A DNA stretch of 26,825 nt from a virus (Duplodnaviria > Caudoviricetes), in IMG/VR virus record IMGVR_UViG_3300032218_002454, positions 1 to 26,825 of that record; one strand, 5' to 3'. A program made the position numbers and the translations under genes. Each line of letters begins with the position of its first letter. Position 1 is the stretch's first letter. The notes beneath the pieces were generated by a model that saw nothing but the letters and a program-made list of their open reading frames with translations, did no database searches and had not been told where the DNA came from. Below are positions 7,025-14,848 of the stretch, in pieces.

Positions 7025-7094
7025 GAGAGTGATGCCAAAAGTAAGGCACCCCGATAAGGGATACAGTAGAAGGATGCGAAACCTTCCACTCTCA
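7025..7094 (+). ncRNA. tRNA-like RNA or pseudo-tRNA with a shortened anticodon arm
   Basis: GAGAGTG/CACTCTC plus A, TGCC-AAAAGTAA-GGCA, CCC-(C)GATAA-GGG and GAAGG-ATGCGAAA-CCTTC form a cloverleaf. Confidence 0.6.
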
Positions 7095-7098
7095 CATT

Positions 7099-7170
7099 GC
7101 GGAGTTAGTTCAGTGGTAGAACGCTATCCTTCCAAGTTAGATGTCGTCGGTTCGAATCCGATACTCCGCT
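7099..7170 (+). tRNA. trnG: tRNA-Gly(TCC)
   Basis: Acceptor GCGGAGT/ACTCCGC, discriminator T, anticodon loop CTTCCAA, T-loop TTCGAAT. Confidence 0.95.
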
Positions 7171-7187
7171 TCTTAACCAAATCTTAG

Positions 7188-7216
7188 TTGACAAAAAACC
7201 AAAAGTACTCTAAGAT
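7188..7216 (+). promoter_or_regulatory. Sigma70-type promoter of the porin gene
   Basis: TTGACA (7188-7193), 17 bp, TAAGAT (7211-7216); a late-like CATAAATA is at 7246-7253. Confidence 0.7.
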
Positions 7217-7313
7217 GCTTTCAATCTTAAGATTTGCTTAAGACGCATAAATAACGAAGATTTGCTTTGTTGTAAATCTTCATATTGTCGTTTAGTATAA
7301 AAAACAAATTTTT

Positions 7314-8897
7314 ATGAAAATCAAACAACTGATGCTTGCACCTGTTGCTCTTGGTATGATTGCTCCTGTTGCTGCGAATGCCGCAGACCTTAACTTGGCA
7401 GCAGTCAATCAATACTCAACTGGAGAACAGGTTTCGAGTGTCACTCAATTGTCTGATGTTCGTCCTACGGATTGGGCATACCAGGCACTCAGCAATCTTG
7501 TTGAGAAATATGGTTGCGTTGCAGGTTATCCCAACGGAACTTTTGGTGGCGGTAAAGCGATGACCCGTTTTGAGGCAGCAGCTCTTCTGAATGCTTGCCT
7601 TGATCGTGTGACTGAAAGTACCGATGAACTTAAAAAACTTCTTGCAGAATTTGATACAGAACTCACAATTCTGACTGCTCGTGTGGATGGTCTTGAGAAC
7701 AAAGTTCGTACCCTTCAGGCACAACAATTCTCCACTACCACCAAACTGGCTGGTGAAGCAAGCATGATTCTTGGTGGTGTACCTAATTATACCGCTGCTG
7801 GTGTGAAAGGTTATGGAAACACAACCTTTAACTATGACCTTCGTATCAACCTTGATACTTCATATACTGGTCAAGATTTGCTACGTACTCGTCTGCGTAC
7901 TGGTAATTTCTCTAAGTATCCTTTCGGTACTTCCACAAACAACATCTTCAAACTTGATAAAGCAGAAGATTGGAATAATGCAGTTTATATTGATCGTCTG
8001 TACTATCAATTCCCTGTTGGTGCAAACAAAGCAACCAAACTGACGATTGGTGCTCTGGTTCGTAACACCGAGATGGCATGGATTCCAACTGCATATAAGT
8101 CAAACATTCTTGATGTATTTGCTGTTGGTGGTACTGGTGGTGTGTACAACAAAGCAACTGGTGAAGGTGTTGGTCTTCAATGGAAACAACCTGTTGCAAA
8201 AGGACAACCTGGATTTGTATTTAATGCTAACTATGTTGTGAATGGTTCTGGAGTGAACAGTTCCAACACTACTTGTACTGCTGGTTGTAAGAATGGTGCA
8301 TCGGGTTCAGATAGCACTTATGGTGTCTTCAACTCTGCATCTGGTATCAACATTATGACCCAACTTGGTTATAAGGCTTCTCAGTGGGGTGTTGCTGCTG
8401 GTTATCGTTATGGTACTCCTCAGTCTGGAGTTCGTGATGGTAATGGTGTTGCAGGTAGCACTCTGGGTGTGAATCAGTATTCGAATGCTGTTGCACTGAA
8501 TGCTTACTGGCAACCTAAAACCACGGGCGCAATTCCTTCTGTAAGCGTTGGATATGGTTATAACTTTGTTAGTGGTAACTCTGGTGCTGCTGGTGCAACT
8601 CCTCAGAAACAAGCACAATCATCCCGTTCTTGGATGGTTGGATTCCAGTGGGATGATGCTTTCCGCAAATCTAATGCTGCTGGTATTGCTTTTGGTCAAC
8701 CTGCAAACTCCGCTGGTGCTTCAGGTAGCAATCCCTGGTTAGTTGAGTGGTTCTACAAGTTCCAAGTATCTGATAACATCTCAGTTACTCCTGCTCTGTT
8801 CTATGCTTCTGGTTCAAGCAATTCAACGACGAATGCTGCTGGACAACCTACCTTCACTGGTTTGGGTGGTGTAATTCAGACAACCTTCAAGTTCTGA
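7314..8897 (+). CDS. som: Cyanobacterial outer-membrane porin (SomA/SomB type, SLH + OprB-like barrel)
   Basis: Signal peptide, SLH (DVRPTDWAYQALSNLVEKYGC...TRFEAAALLNACL), coiled coil, QFSTTTKL, EWFYKFQVSDNISVTP and C-terminal TTFKF. Confidence 0.95.
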   Translation: MKIKQLMLAPVALGMIAPVAANAADLNLAAVNQYSTGEQVSSVTQLSDVRPTDWAYQALSNLVEKYGCVAGYPNGTFGGGKAMTRFEAAALLNACLDRVTESTDELKKLLAEFDTELTILTARVDGLENKVRTLQAQQFSTTTKLAGEASMILGGVPNYTAAGVKGYGNTTFNYDLRINLDTSYTGQDLLRTRLRTGNFSKYPFGTSTNNIFKLDKAEDWNNAVYIDRLYYQFPVGANKATKLTIGALVRNTEMAWIPTAYKSNILDVFAVGGTGGVYNKATGEGVGLQWKQPVAKGQPGFVFNANYVVNGSGVNSSNTTCTAGCKNGASGSDSTYGVFNSASGINIMTQLGYKASQWGVAAGYRYGTPQSGVRDGNGVAGSTLGVNQYSNAVALNAYWQPKTTGAIPSVSVGYGYNFVSGNSGAAGATPQKQAQSSRSWMVGFQWDDAFRKSNAAGIAFGQPANSAGASGSNPWLVEWFYKFQVSDNISVTPALFYASGSSNSTTNAAGQPTFTGLGGVIQTTFKF

Positions 8898-8902
8898 TAC
8901 AT

Positions 8903-8931
8903 AAAGGGGGTTGACAAAACCCCCTTTTTTT
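8903..8931 (+). terminator. Intrinsic terminator with an embedded -35 box
   Basis: AAAGGGGGTT-GACAA-AACCCCCTTT plus a T run. TTGACA at 8911-8916 and TATTAT at 8935-8940 are 18 bp apart. Confidence 0.9.
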
Positions 8932-8960
8932 GTCTATTATAGTTTGGAGTCAAGATTCTT

Positions 8961-9116
8961 ATGTCTCTCATATCACAACAAGATAGAACACTCGCAATTA
9001 AAGCACTTGAGCACTATACTGCCTCATTTAAGGATGTTATGACCGAAGCAGAAAGAGCAGAATCAAATGCTCTTCTTAACTGGATTAAACTTGAGTATAA
9101 TAAACATGAACATTAA
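8961..9116 (+). CDS. Small hypothetical protein (51 aa, not in the ORF track)
   Basis: MSLISQQDRTLAIKALEHY...LLNWIKLEYNKHEH, with GGAG upstream, directly after the promoter. Confidence 0.7.
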   Translation: MSLISQQDRTLAIKALEHYTASFKDVMTEAERAESNALLNWIKLEYNKHEH

Positions 9117-9279
9117 ACTTTGGTATTGTGCATCTATGAAACAATGGAGATGGACATTAACTGATTGTTCTCGTCCTATTTGCAAACAAGAATCTGGACA
9201 ACAACCATTTCTTCGTGATGCGATGAATGATGTTGCAAATACTGTAGAGTTTATGTTGGAATCTAGTCATCCTGATTGA
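9106..9279 (+). CDS. Small conserved-type cyanophage protein
   Basis: MNIKLWYC..MKQWRWTL...ESG....LRDAMNDVANTVE. The start is moved to ATG 9106. Confidence 0.7.
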   Translation: MNIKLWYCASMKQWRWTLTDCSRPICKQESGQQPFLRDAMNDVANTVEFMLESSHPD

Positions 9280-9342
9280 TTTATTGTGAGATGAAATAGT
9301 ATTTAATTTGAATAATCATAAATACTTAAAAAAATACGTATA

Positions 9343-9777
9343 ATGGAAACACTTTATAAACTATTAAGTGATGCTCAGGCATCACTTTTTGTTCTTTTCC
9401 AAAAAACTTGGATCTATCACTGGGATGTTGTAGGTTCTGATTTTCAACAACTTCATACTCTCTTTGGTGGACAGTATGAAACTATGTTTGAAGAGATTGA
9501 TACCCTCACAGAGCACATGAGATATCTTGGTATGAAACCAGTCAGCACTCTTACTAGAGTTGTAGAGGTTTCCCAAATCAAAGAAGCATCGAGTTTTATT
9601 GATGCTTCTGGAATGATTTCTGATTTGTTAGATAGTAATAAAAAAATAATTGAATCGTTTACTATTATATCGGAAGAAGCAGATAATCAAAAACAATATG
9701 CCACATCAAATTTAGTTCAAAGTTTTATGGAAACTCATGGTAAGTTTGTTTGGATGTTGCGTTCATTTACTGAATAA
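9343..9777 (+). CDS. dps: Dps / ferritin-like DNA protection protein
   Basis: YHWDVVG.DF.QLH.LF..QY......D...E (ferroxidase H/H/D/E) and KFVWMLRS. Confidence 0.9.
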   Translation: METLYKLLSDAQASLFVLFQKTWIYHWDVVGSDFQQLHTLFGGQYETMFEEIDTLTEHMRYLGMKPVSTLTRVVEVSQIKEASSFIDASGMISDLLDSNKKIIESFTIISEEADNQKQYATSNLVQSFMETHGKFVWMLRSFTE

Positions 9778-9787
9778 AATTTGACAA

Positions 9788-10045
9788 ATGGAAAATTTAA
9801 AAATTAGATGCCGCTCTTGCAATAAAGAGATGGAAGGGCATCCAACGAAAACAGTTGCTTGTGGTTGTTCAAATATGGCAACTATTCGTGGAGATAAGAT
9901 TACAGCACTTGACTTATCAAAGGTTGTTATGTTAAACTCTATTCATACAAAAACAAAATCAAGTGTTCTTACAACTGAAGATATTGCTTGGCAAGAAGCA
10001 AGGCGTCAGCGTAAAGTTAGGCGTTTAGATTTTGAAGTCCGATGA
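9788..10045 (+). CDS. Hypothetical Zn-ribbon protein
   Basis: CRSC...CGCSN and a basic tail RRQRKVRRLDFEVR. Confidence 0.75.
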   Translation: MENLKIRCRSCNKEMEGHPTKTVACGCSNMATIRGDKITALDLSKVVMLNSIHTKTKSSVLTTEDIAWQEARRQRKVRRLDFEVR

Positions 10046-10056
10046 GGACTTTTATT

Positions 10057-10142
10057 GGAAAGTTGACCGAGCGGTTTATGGTGTTTGTCTTGAAAACAAA
10101 TGAGGTTAGTAGCCTCCCAGGGTTCGAATCCCTGACTTTCCT
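10057..10142 (+). tRNA. trnS: tRNA-Ser(TGA)
   Basis: Acceptor GGAAAGT/ACTTTCC, anticodon arm TTTGT-CTTGAAA-ACAAA, a long variable arm (GAGG.../CCTC), T-loop TTCGAAT. Confidence 0.93.
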
Positions 10143-10216
10143 TTAGTTACAATAGTTACAAAATATTATGTCAAAAATGTTATAATCATAAGTAGTAATA
10201 CTATAATACAAAACAA

Positions 10217-10366
10217 ATGGATCAACACACCTACAATAATTGGGTGAAGATAAAAGAAACATTTGAAAAATCGGGAAATATGAATAATATGTTTTATATG
10301 AGAGCATGTGAAATTGTAAAAACAAGAAAAGATCCTCTTGAAAAATTTCTTAGAAATGAAAAATAA
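10217..10366 (+). CDS. Small hypothetical protein (49 aa, not in the ORF track)
   Basis: MDQHTYNNWVKIKETFEKSGNMNNMFYMRACEIVK...DPL, with TATAAT just upstream. Confidence 0.7.
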   Translation: MDQHTYNNWVKIKETFEKSGNMNNMFYMRACEIVKTRKDPLEKFLRNEK

Positions 10367-10422
10367 TTTGGTCTCTTATTAGAAATGACTATATACATAA
10401 AGTAAAATAAATTTAAAGCAAT

Positions 10423-10893
10423 ATGGCGGATATTAATTATTCTATTACCGATGAGATTGGAAATCCTTTACTTGAAGGATTTACTTGGACTGGAACAATT
10501 TATGGAGTTAATTTGGGACAAACTCCCACAAATTCAATTCCAACTTCTATTACTAGCACGGTTGGTGGTTTGACCATAACTTTTACACCAGATGCTATAA
10601 ATGGATATAAAGTTTATCCATCAATAACCGATTCAAATCATTATATAACTTTTAGATCTCAAAATATAGCAACTCAATATCCAAATTCTGGTTATAGCCT
10701 TGACATTTGGTCCGCAACGATGTATAGTGATATAAGTAATCCATCAAGCCCTGCAACTTGGCAATTGTTGACGGAGAATGACCCGTATAATCTCAATAAT
10801 TTTAAATATACTTTATTGTATGATTATACTCCTGGATCTCCATCTGCAGCGATGTGGATTATAGGAGGAAAAATAAACTTTACTATTGCTTAA
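10423..10893 (+). CDS. Hypothetical Thr/Ser/Tyr-rich, probably beta-rich protein
   Basis: A 156-aa ORF that fills the gap; no family recognised. Confidence 0.65.
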   Translation: MADINYSITDEIGNPLLEGFTWTGTIYGVNLGQTPTNSIPTSITSTVGGLTITFTPDAINGYKVYPSITDSNHYITFRSQNIATQYPNSGYSLDIWSATMYSDISNPSSPATWQLLTENDPYNLNNFKYTLLYDYTPGSPSAAMWIIGGKINFTIA

Positions 10894-10898
10894 AATTT

Positions 10899-10972
10899 CG
10901 GGATGTAGCTCAGTTTGGTAGAGCACTCGCTTTGGGAGCGAGGGGTCGTAGGTTCGAATCCTATCATCCCGA
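10899..10972 (+). tRNA. trnP: tRNA-Pro(TGG)
   Basis: Acceptor CGGGATG/CATCCCG, discriminator A, anticodon arm CTCGC-TTTGGGA-GCGAG. Confidence 0.96.
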
Positions 10973-10997
10973 CTGTCCACTTTTTAAATTGGACTAC

Positions 10998-11026
10998 TTG
11001 ACTAAACATTCAAAAACCCTTATAAT
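10998..11026 (+). promoter_or_regulatory. Sigma70-type promoter
   Basis: TTGACT, 17 bp, TATAAT. Confidence 0.75.
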
Positions 11027-11048
11027 AACAAGGTAATAATTTAAAACA

Positions 11049-11264
11049 ATGTCTCTGATTCAAAAGTTCAAAAAGGATGTTAGCACTCTTCGCTCTGCTG
11101 CTAACGGAGAATTCTACCTTGATGTAAAGAGTCCGAAACTTTATAAAAAGGTTCGCCGCTTCTATGAAAATGAAGGGGTAATATTTTCTGGTGATCCTCT
11201 TGATGATTATGAAATTCTTATGGAATATCTTCAACAAGATCTTGAACAAGTTGGAGTTGTTTAA
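11049..11264 (+). CDS. Small conserved-type cyanophage protein
   Basis: YLDVKSPKLYKKVRRFYENEGVIFSGDPLDDYE, downstream of the promoter. Confidence 0.8.
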   Translation: MSLIQKFKKDVSTLRSAANGEFYLDVKSPKLYKKVRRFYENEGVIFSGDPLDDYEILMEYLQQDLEQVGVV

Positions 11265-11265
11265 A

Positions 11266-11356
11266 AGACACGGATGGTCTATAACAGAACTGGTCGGGAG
11301 CAACCCCTTTAGTCACGGAGAGACTCTAAAAGTACTGGTGGAGTCAAATTTGACCC
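11266..11356 (+). ncRNA. Structured RNA, two repeated units (manA-RNA-like 5' part)
   Basis: AGAC-ACGGATG-GTCT...ACTGGTCG and AGTC-ACGGAGA-GACT...ACTGGTGG show a compensatory stem change around a shared ACGGA loop. The family name is from recall of cyanophage motifs. Confidence 0.6.
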
Positions 11357-11362
11357 TATTGT

Positions 11363-11381
11363 CACACACAACACACACACA
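11363..11381 (+). repeat. CA-rich tract just before an RBS
   Basis: CACACACAACACACACACA followed by TTAAAGGAG and ATG 11398. Confidence 0.85.
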
Positions 11382-11397
11382 TTAAAGGAGAAAACAA

Positions 11398-11595
11398 ATG
11401 ACACCTTACGAATTGCGTTTTGAAATCTTTAAGCAAGCAAATGGTCTTGCTCAAGACAAATATCATGCAGCATTTGCTATTGTTGATGAATGGAATAAAC
11501 AAAATTCCATAAAAACAGATTATCCAGATTTTCCTTCTTATGAGGAGATTGAAGCACTTGCTAATAAAATTAATGCTTTTGTAAGTAAAAATTAG
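11398..11595 (+). CDS. Small helical phage protein embedded in the structured RNA
   Basis: Strong AAGGAG RBS; MTPYELRFEIFKQA...YPDFPSYEEIEALANKINAFVS. Confidence 0.8.
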   Translation: MTPYELRFEIFKQANGLAQDKYHAAFAIVDEWNKQNSIKTDYPDFPSYEEIEALANKINAFVSKN

Positions 11596-11686
11596 GTTTC
11601 CAATTTCCTAAAAGAATTGGTGGTGCGGATGGGACTCTCTCCCGCCTGGTTTCCAATTTCCAGTCAAAGAATTGGTGGCGTGCATG
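11593..11686 (+). ncRNA. Structured RNA, two repeated pseudoknot units (wcaG/manA-RNA-like)
   Basis: GGTTTCCAATTTCC-N(2/4)-AAAGAATTGGTGG occurs twice, with stems TAGG/CCTA and CTGG/CCAG. The loop CCAATT pairs with downstream AATTGG, and each unit ends in TGGYG. It lies upstream of gmd/fcl. Confidence 0.7.
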
Positions 11687-11698
11687 AAAGACCTGATG

Positions 11699-11733
11699 GG
11701 AGAGTTGCATAAACTCTCCTTTTTTGGTATAAT
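11699..11733 (+). terminator. Intrinsic terminator fused to the promoter of the glycan cluster
   Basis: GGAGAGTT-GCATA-AACTCTCC-TTTTTT; TTGCAT (11705-11710), 17 bp, TATAAT (11728-11733) with an extended TG. Confidence 0.85.
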
Positions 11734-11753
11734 GATACAAAAGACTTTATGAT

Positions 11754-12755
11754 ATGAAAGTTGCGTTAATAACAGGCATTACGGGACAAGATGGTTCCTA
11801 TCTTGCCGAATTGCTCTTAGAAAAAGGATATGAAGTACACGGAATCATCAGGAGATCCTCCCTTATCAATACTCACAGAATTGATGGGATTTATGATCGT
11901 CTTACTCTTCACTACGGTGATCTTACTGATTCTACTAACCTAGTTCGTGTTATTCAAAAAGTTCAACCAGATGAGATTTACAATCTGGGTGCTCAGAGTC
12001 ATGTTAAAGTATCCTTTGAGATGCCTGAATATACGGGGCAGACAGATGCTCTAGGAACTCTTCGTATTCTTGAAGCAGTTCGTTTATTGGAAATGGATAA
12101 GAAAGTTCGTATCTATCAAGCATCTACTTCAGAGATGTTTGGATTAGTGCAGGAGATTCCACAGAAAGAGACTACACCTTTTCATCCTCGTTCTCCTTAT
12201 GGGTGTGCTAAGGTTTATGGATACTGGATTACAAAGAACTATCGTGAAGCATATGGAATGTATACCTGCACGGGTATTCTTTTTAATCATGAATCTCCTC
12301 GTCGTGGTGAGACCTTTGTAACACGTAAGATTACTCGGGCACTTTCTAAGATTTCTGTTGGACTTCAAGATTGTCTGTATCTTGGCAATCTGAATGCCAA
12401 GCGTGACTGGGGACACGCCAAGGATTTTGTTGAAGCGATGTGGTTAATGCTTCAGCAAGATGAACCAGAAGATTTTGTAATTGCTACTGGTGTTCAGTAT
12501 TCAGTTCGTGAGTTTGTTGAAGCAGCGGCACCTTATTTTGGTATGAAGATTGTGTGGATGGGTGAAGGTTTGGATGAAATTGGATATGATTTAAATACCA
12601 AAAAAGAAGTCATTCGAGTTAATCCTAAATATTTTAGACCTTCTGAAGTAGAGACTTTGTTAGGTGATGCCACTAAGGCAAAAGAAAAATTAGGTTGGGA
12701 ACCTAAGATTTCATTTAAAGAATTAGTTGAGGACATGTGTGTTTATGGACAGTAA
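11754..12755 (+). CDS. gmd: GDP-mannose 4,6-dehydratase
   Basis: [54 protein letters not shown] and RDWGHA. Confidence 0.98.
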   Translation: MKVALITGITGQDGSYLAELLLEKGYEVHGIIRRSSLINTHRIDGIYDRLTLHYGDLTDSTNLVRVIQKVQPDEIYNLGAQSHVKVSFEMPEYTGQTDALGTLRILEAVRLLEMDKKVRIYQASTSEMFGLVQEIPQKETTPFHPRSPYGCAKVYGYWITKNYREAYGMYTCTGILFNHESPRRGETFVTRKITRALSKISVGLQDCLYLGNLNAKRDWGHAKDFVEAMWLMLQQDEPEDFVIATGVQYSVREFVEAAAPYFGMKIVWMGEGLDEIGYDLNTKKEVIRVNPKYFRPSEVETLLGDATKAKEKLGWEPKISFKELVEDMCVYGQ

Positions 12756-13704
12756 TTCTAAAATATTGGTTGCTGGTGCTAATGGAATGGTTGGTTCCGC
12801 AATCATCAGAAATTTAAAAAGCAAAGGATACTTTAATATCATCGAAGCAACTCGCAATAGAGTTGATTTTATAGATCAAGAAGAAACCAAAGAATTTTTT
12901 GAAAAAAACAAACCTGAATATGTATTTGTTGCTGCTGCCAAAGTTGGCGGTATTATGGCAAATTATAATTATAAGGGAGATTTTTTGTATCAAAATTTAA
13001 TGATACAGAACAATATTATTCATTATTCTATGCTTAATGATGTAACTAAACTTTTATTTCTTGGTTCTTCTTGCATCTATCCCAAATTAGCAACTCAACC
13101 AATTACAGAAAATCAGTTAATGACTGGACCTTTGGAACCTACTAATGATTCCTATGCACTTGCAAAAATAGTAGGTGTTAAAATGTGTCAGGCATATCGT
13201 CAGCAACACGGATTTAATGCTATTTCTTTGATGCCAACAAATCTTTATGGTCCTAATGATAACTTTGATTTAGAAACATCACATGTTCTTCCTGCGATGA
13301 TTGCTAAGTTTCATAAGGCAAAGGAAGATGGTTATGTTATAGATCCAGGTGGTCCTTGGCATGGACCATCTGTAAATCTTTGGGGTGATGGATCTGCTAT
13401 GAGAGAGTTTCTTCACGTTGATGATCTTGCAGAGGCATGTTATGTTTGTATGCAAAACTATAATGAACCAGAACACATTAATGTTGGAACTGGTGAGGAT
13501 GTTAGAATATGGGAACTCGCAAACATTATTTCAGATGTAGTTGGTTTTCCTGGGGAGATTTCCTGGGACTTTACTAAACCAAATGGAACTCCAAGAAAAA
13601 TTCTAAACGTAGATAAAATTAAATCTCTTGGATGGGAACCAAAAGTTGGTCTGTTGGAGGGAATTAAAACAACATATGAATGGTATAAAGAAAATGCAAT
13701 TTAA
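12745..13704 (+). CDS. fcl: GDP-L-fucose synthase family epimerase/reductase (Fcl/WcaG/ColC)
   Basis: [48 protein letters not shown] and REFLHVDD. The start is moved to ATG 12745. Confidence 0.95.
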   Translation: MDSNSKILVAGANGMVGSAIIRNLKSKGYFNIIEATRNRVDFIDQEETKEFFEKNKPEYVFVAAAKVGGIMANYNYKGDFLYQNLMIQNNIIHYSMLNDVTKLLFLGSSCIYPKLATQPITENQLMTGPLEPTNDSYALAKIVGVKMCQAYRQQHGFNAISLMPTNLYGPNDNFDLETSHVLPAMIAKFHKAKEDGYVIDPGGPWHGPSVNLWGDGSAMREFLHVDDLAEACYVCMQNYNEPEHINVGTGEDVRIWELANIISDVVGFPGEISWDFTKPNGTPRKILNVDKIKSLGWEPKVGLLEGIKTTYEWYKENAI

Positions 13705-14848
13705 ATGGCCGTTAATGAAAAATAATATCACTTTAGGTGATAGATTTAATCTTGCAAAATTTGTTCTAACTTCAGATCGTTTTACTAATGGTAAAAAAGT
13801 TAGAGAGTTTGAATCTAAATGGAATGACTGGTTAGGTTCAAAATATTCATTATATGTTTCTTCTGGAAGTACTGCAAATTATTTACTTCTTTCTGCAGTT
13901 AAAGAACTTTATGGTCTAAAAAATGGAGATAAAGTATTAGTTCCATCTTGTACTTGGGTTACTAATATTGGACCTGTGATTCAATTAGGATTTACTCCTA
14001 TTTTTTGTGATATTAATATTAATAATTTTAGTTTTTGTGAAGAAGATCTTGAGTATATTTCTAAAGAACATCCAGATATTAAACTTATATTTGTTACTCA
14101 TTTAATTGGATTTTCTGCAAATAATGAAAGGTATAAAAACTTATTTCCTGATGCTTTAATTTTGGATGATGTTTGTGAATCGCATGGTTGTAAGTCTCCC
14201 GATGGAACAAAACGTGGATCTGATAGTTTAGGTTCTACATTTAGTTTTTATTTTGGCCATCATATGTCTACAGTTGAAGGTGGAATGGTATCTACCAATA
14301 ATTATGAATTGTACGATTTAATGAGGATGAAAAGAAGTCATGGACTTGCTAGAGAATCTACAAAGCATAAAGAATATGCAAAAAAATATTCTCACATTTC
14401 TGATCAGTTTTTATTCGTAACTGATGGATATAATTTTAGAAATCATGAACTTGGTGCAGTTTTAGGATTATCTCAACTTAAAAGGTTAGATAAGTATATT
14501 GAGATTAGAAATAAAAATTATATTAATTTTATAAAACTTGTTAAAAAATATCCAGATAAGTTTATTGCTCCAAAATATTATCCAACATGCAGCAATTTTT
14601 GTTTTCCTTTAATCTGCAAAACAAAAGAAATTGCGGATGATTTGAAGAAAAAGTTTGATGAAATTGGTATTGAACATAGACCAATTATAAGTGGAAATTT
14701 ATTAAAACAACCATTTTTAGAAGGTTATGATATAACCACTCATAAAAATATTTTGACAGTTGATTTTGTTCATGATAATGGAATATACTTAGGAAATAAT
14801 CATTTTGTTGGTCAAAAAGAATTAAAATTATTAGAGAGTGTTTTTTAA
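13694..14848 (+). CDS. DegT-fold PLP enzyme, ColD-like GDP-4-keto-6-deoxymannose 3-dehydratase
   Basis: SSGSTAN, DVCESHG, SFYFGHHMSTVEGG (His at the usual Schiff-base Lys), GYNFR and RPIISGN. The start is moved to ATG 13694. Confidence 0.8.
   Translation: MQFKWPLMKNNITLGDRFNLAKFVLTSDRFTNGKKVREFESKWNDWLGSKYSLYVSSGSTANYLLLSAVKELYGLKNGDKVLVPSCTWVTNIGPVIQLGFTPIFCDININNFSFCEEDLEYISKEHPDIKLIFVTHLIGFSANNERYKNLFPDALILDDVCESHGCKSPDGTKRGSDSLGSTFSFYFGHHMSTVEGGMVSTNNYELYDLMRMKRSHGLARESTKHKEYAKKYSHISDQFLFVTDGYNFRNHELGAVLGLSQLKRLDKYIEIRNKNYINFIKLVKKYPDKFIAPKYYPTCSNFCFPLICKTKEIADDLKKKFDEIGIEHRPIISGNLLKQPFLEGYDITTHKNILTVDFVHDNGIYLGNNHFVGQKELKLLESVF

Noticed and set aside
7025-7094. Canonical tRNA-Ile(GAT)
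   Set aside because: The anticodon arm is too short and U33, the D-loop GG and TTC are missing; it is kept only as a tRNA-like RNA.
10146-10162. GTTACAAT-A-GTTACAAA direct repeat as an HLR1 site
   Set aside because: The period is 9 bp rather than the 10 bp of HLR1, and no light-related gene follows.
10854-11036. 60-aa ORF
   Set aside because: It is a read-through of tRNA-Pro and the next promoter.
11191-11385. 64-aa ORF
   Set aside because: It overlaps a real gene and the structured RNA, has no RBS, and its THTH tail is just the CA tract.
11593-11680. Mini-CRISPR array
   Set aside because: There are only two imperfect copies, their differences are compensatory for RNA structure, the spacer is itself a hairpin, and no cas genes are present.
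13694-14848. Perosamine synthase / ordinary DegT aminotransferase
   Set aside because: The catalytic Lys position is His (GHHM), which fits ColD-type dehydratases.
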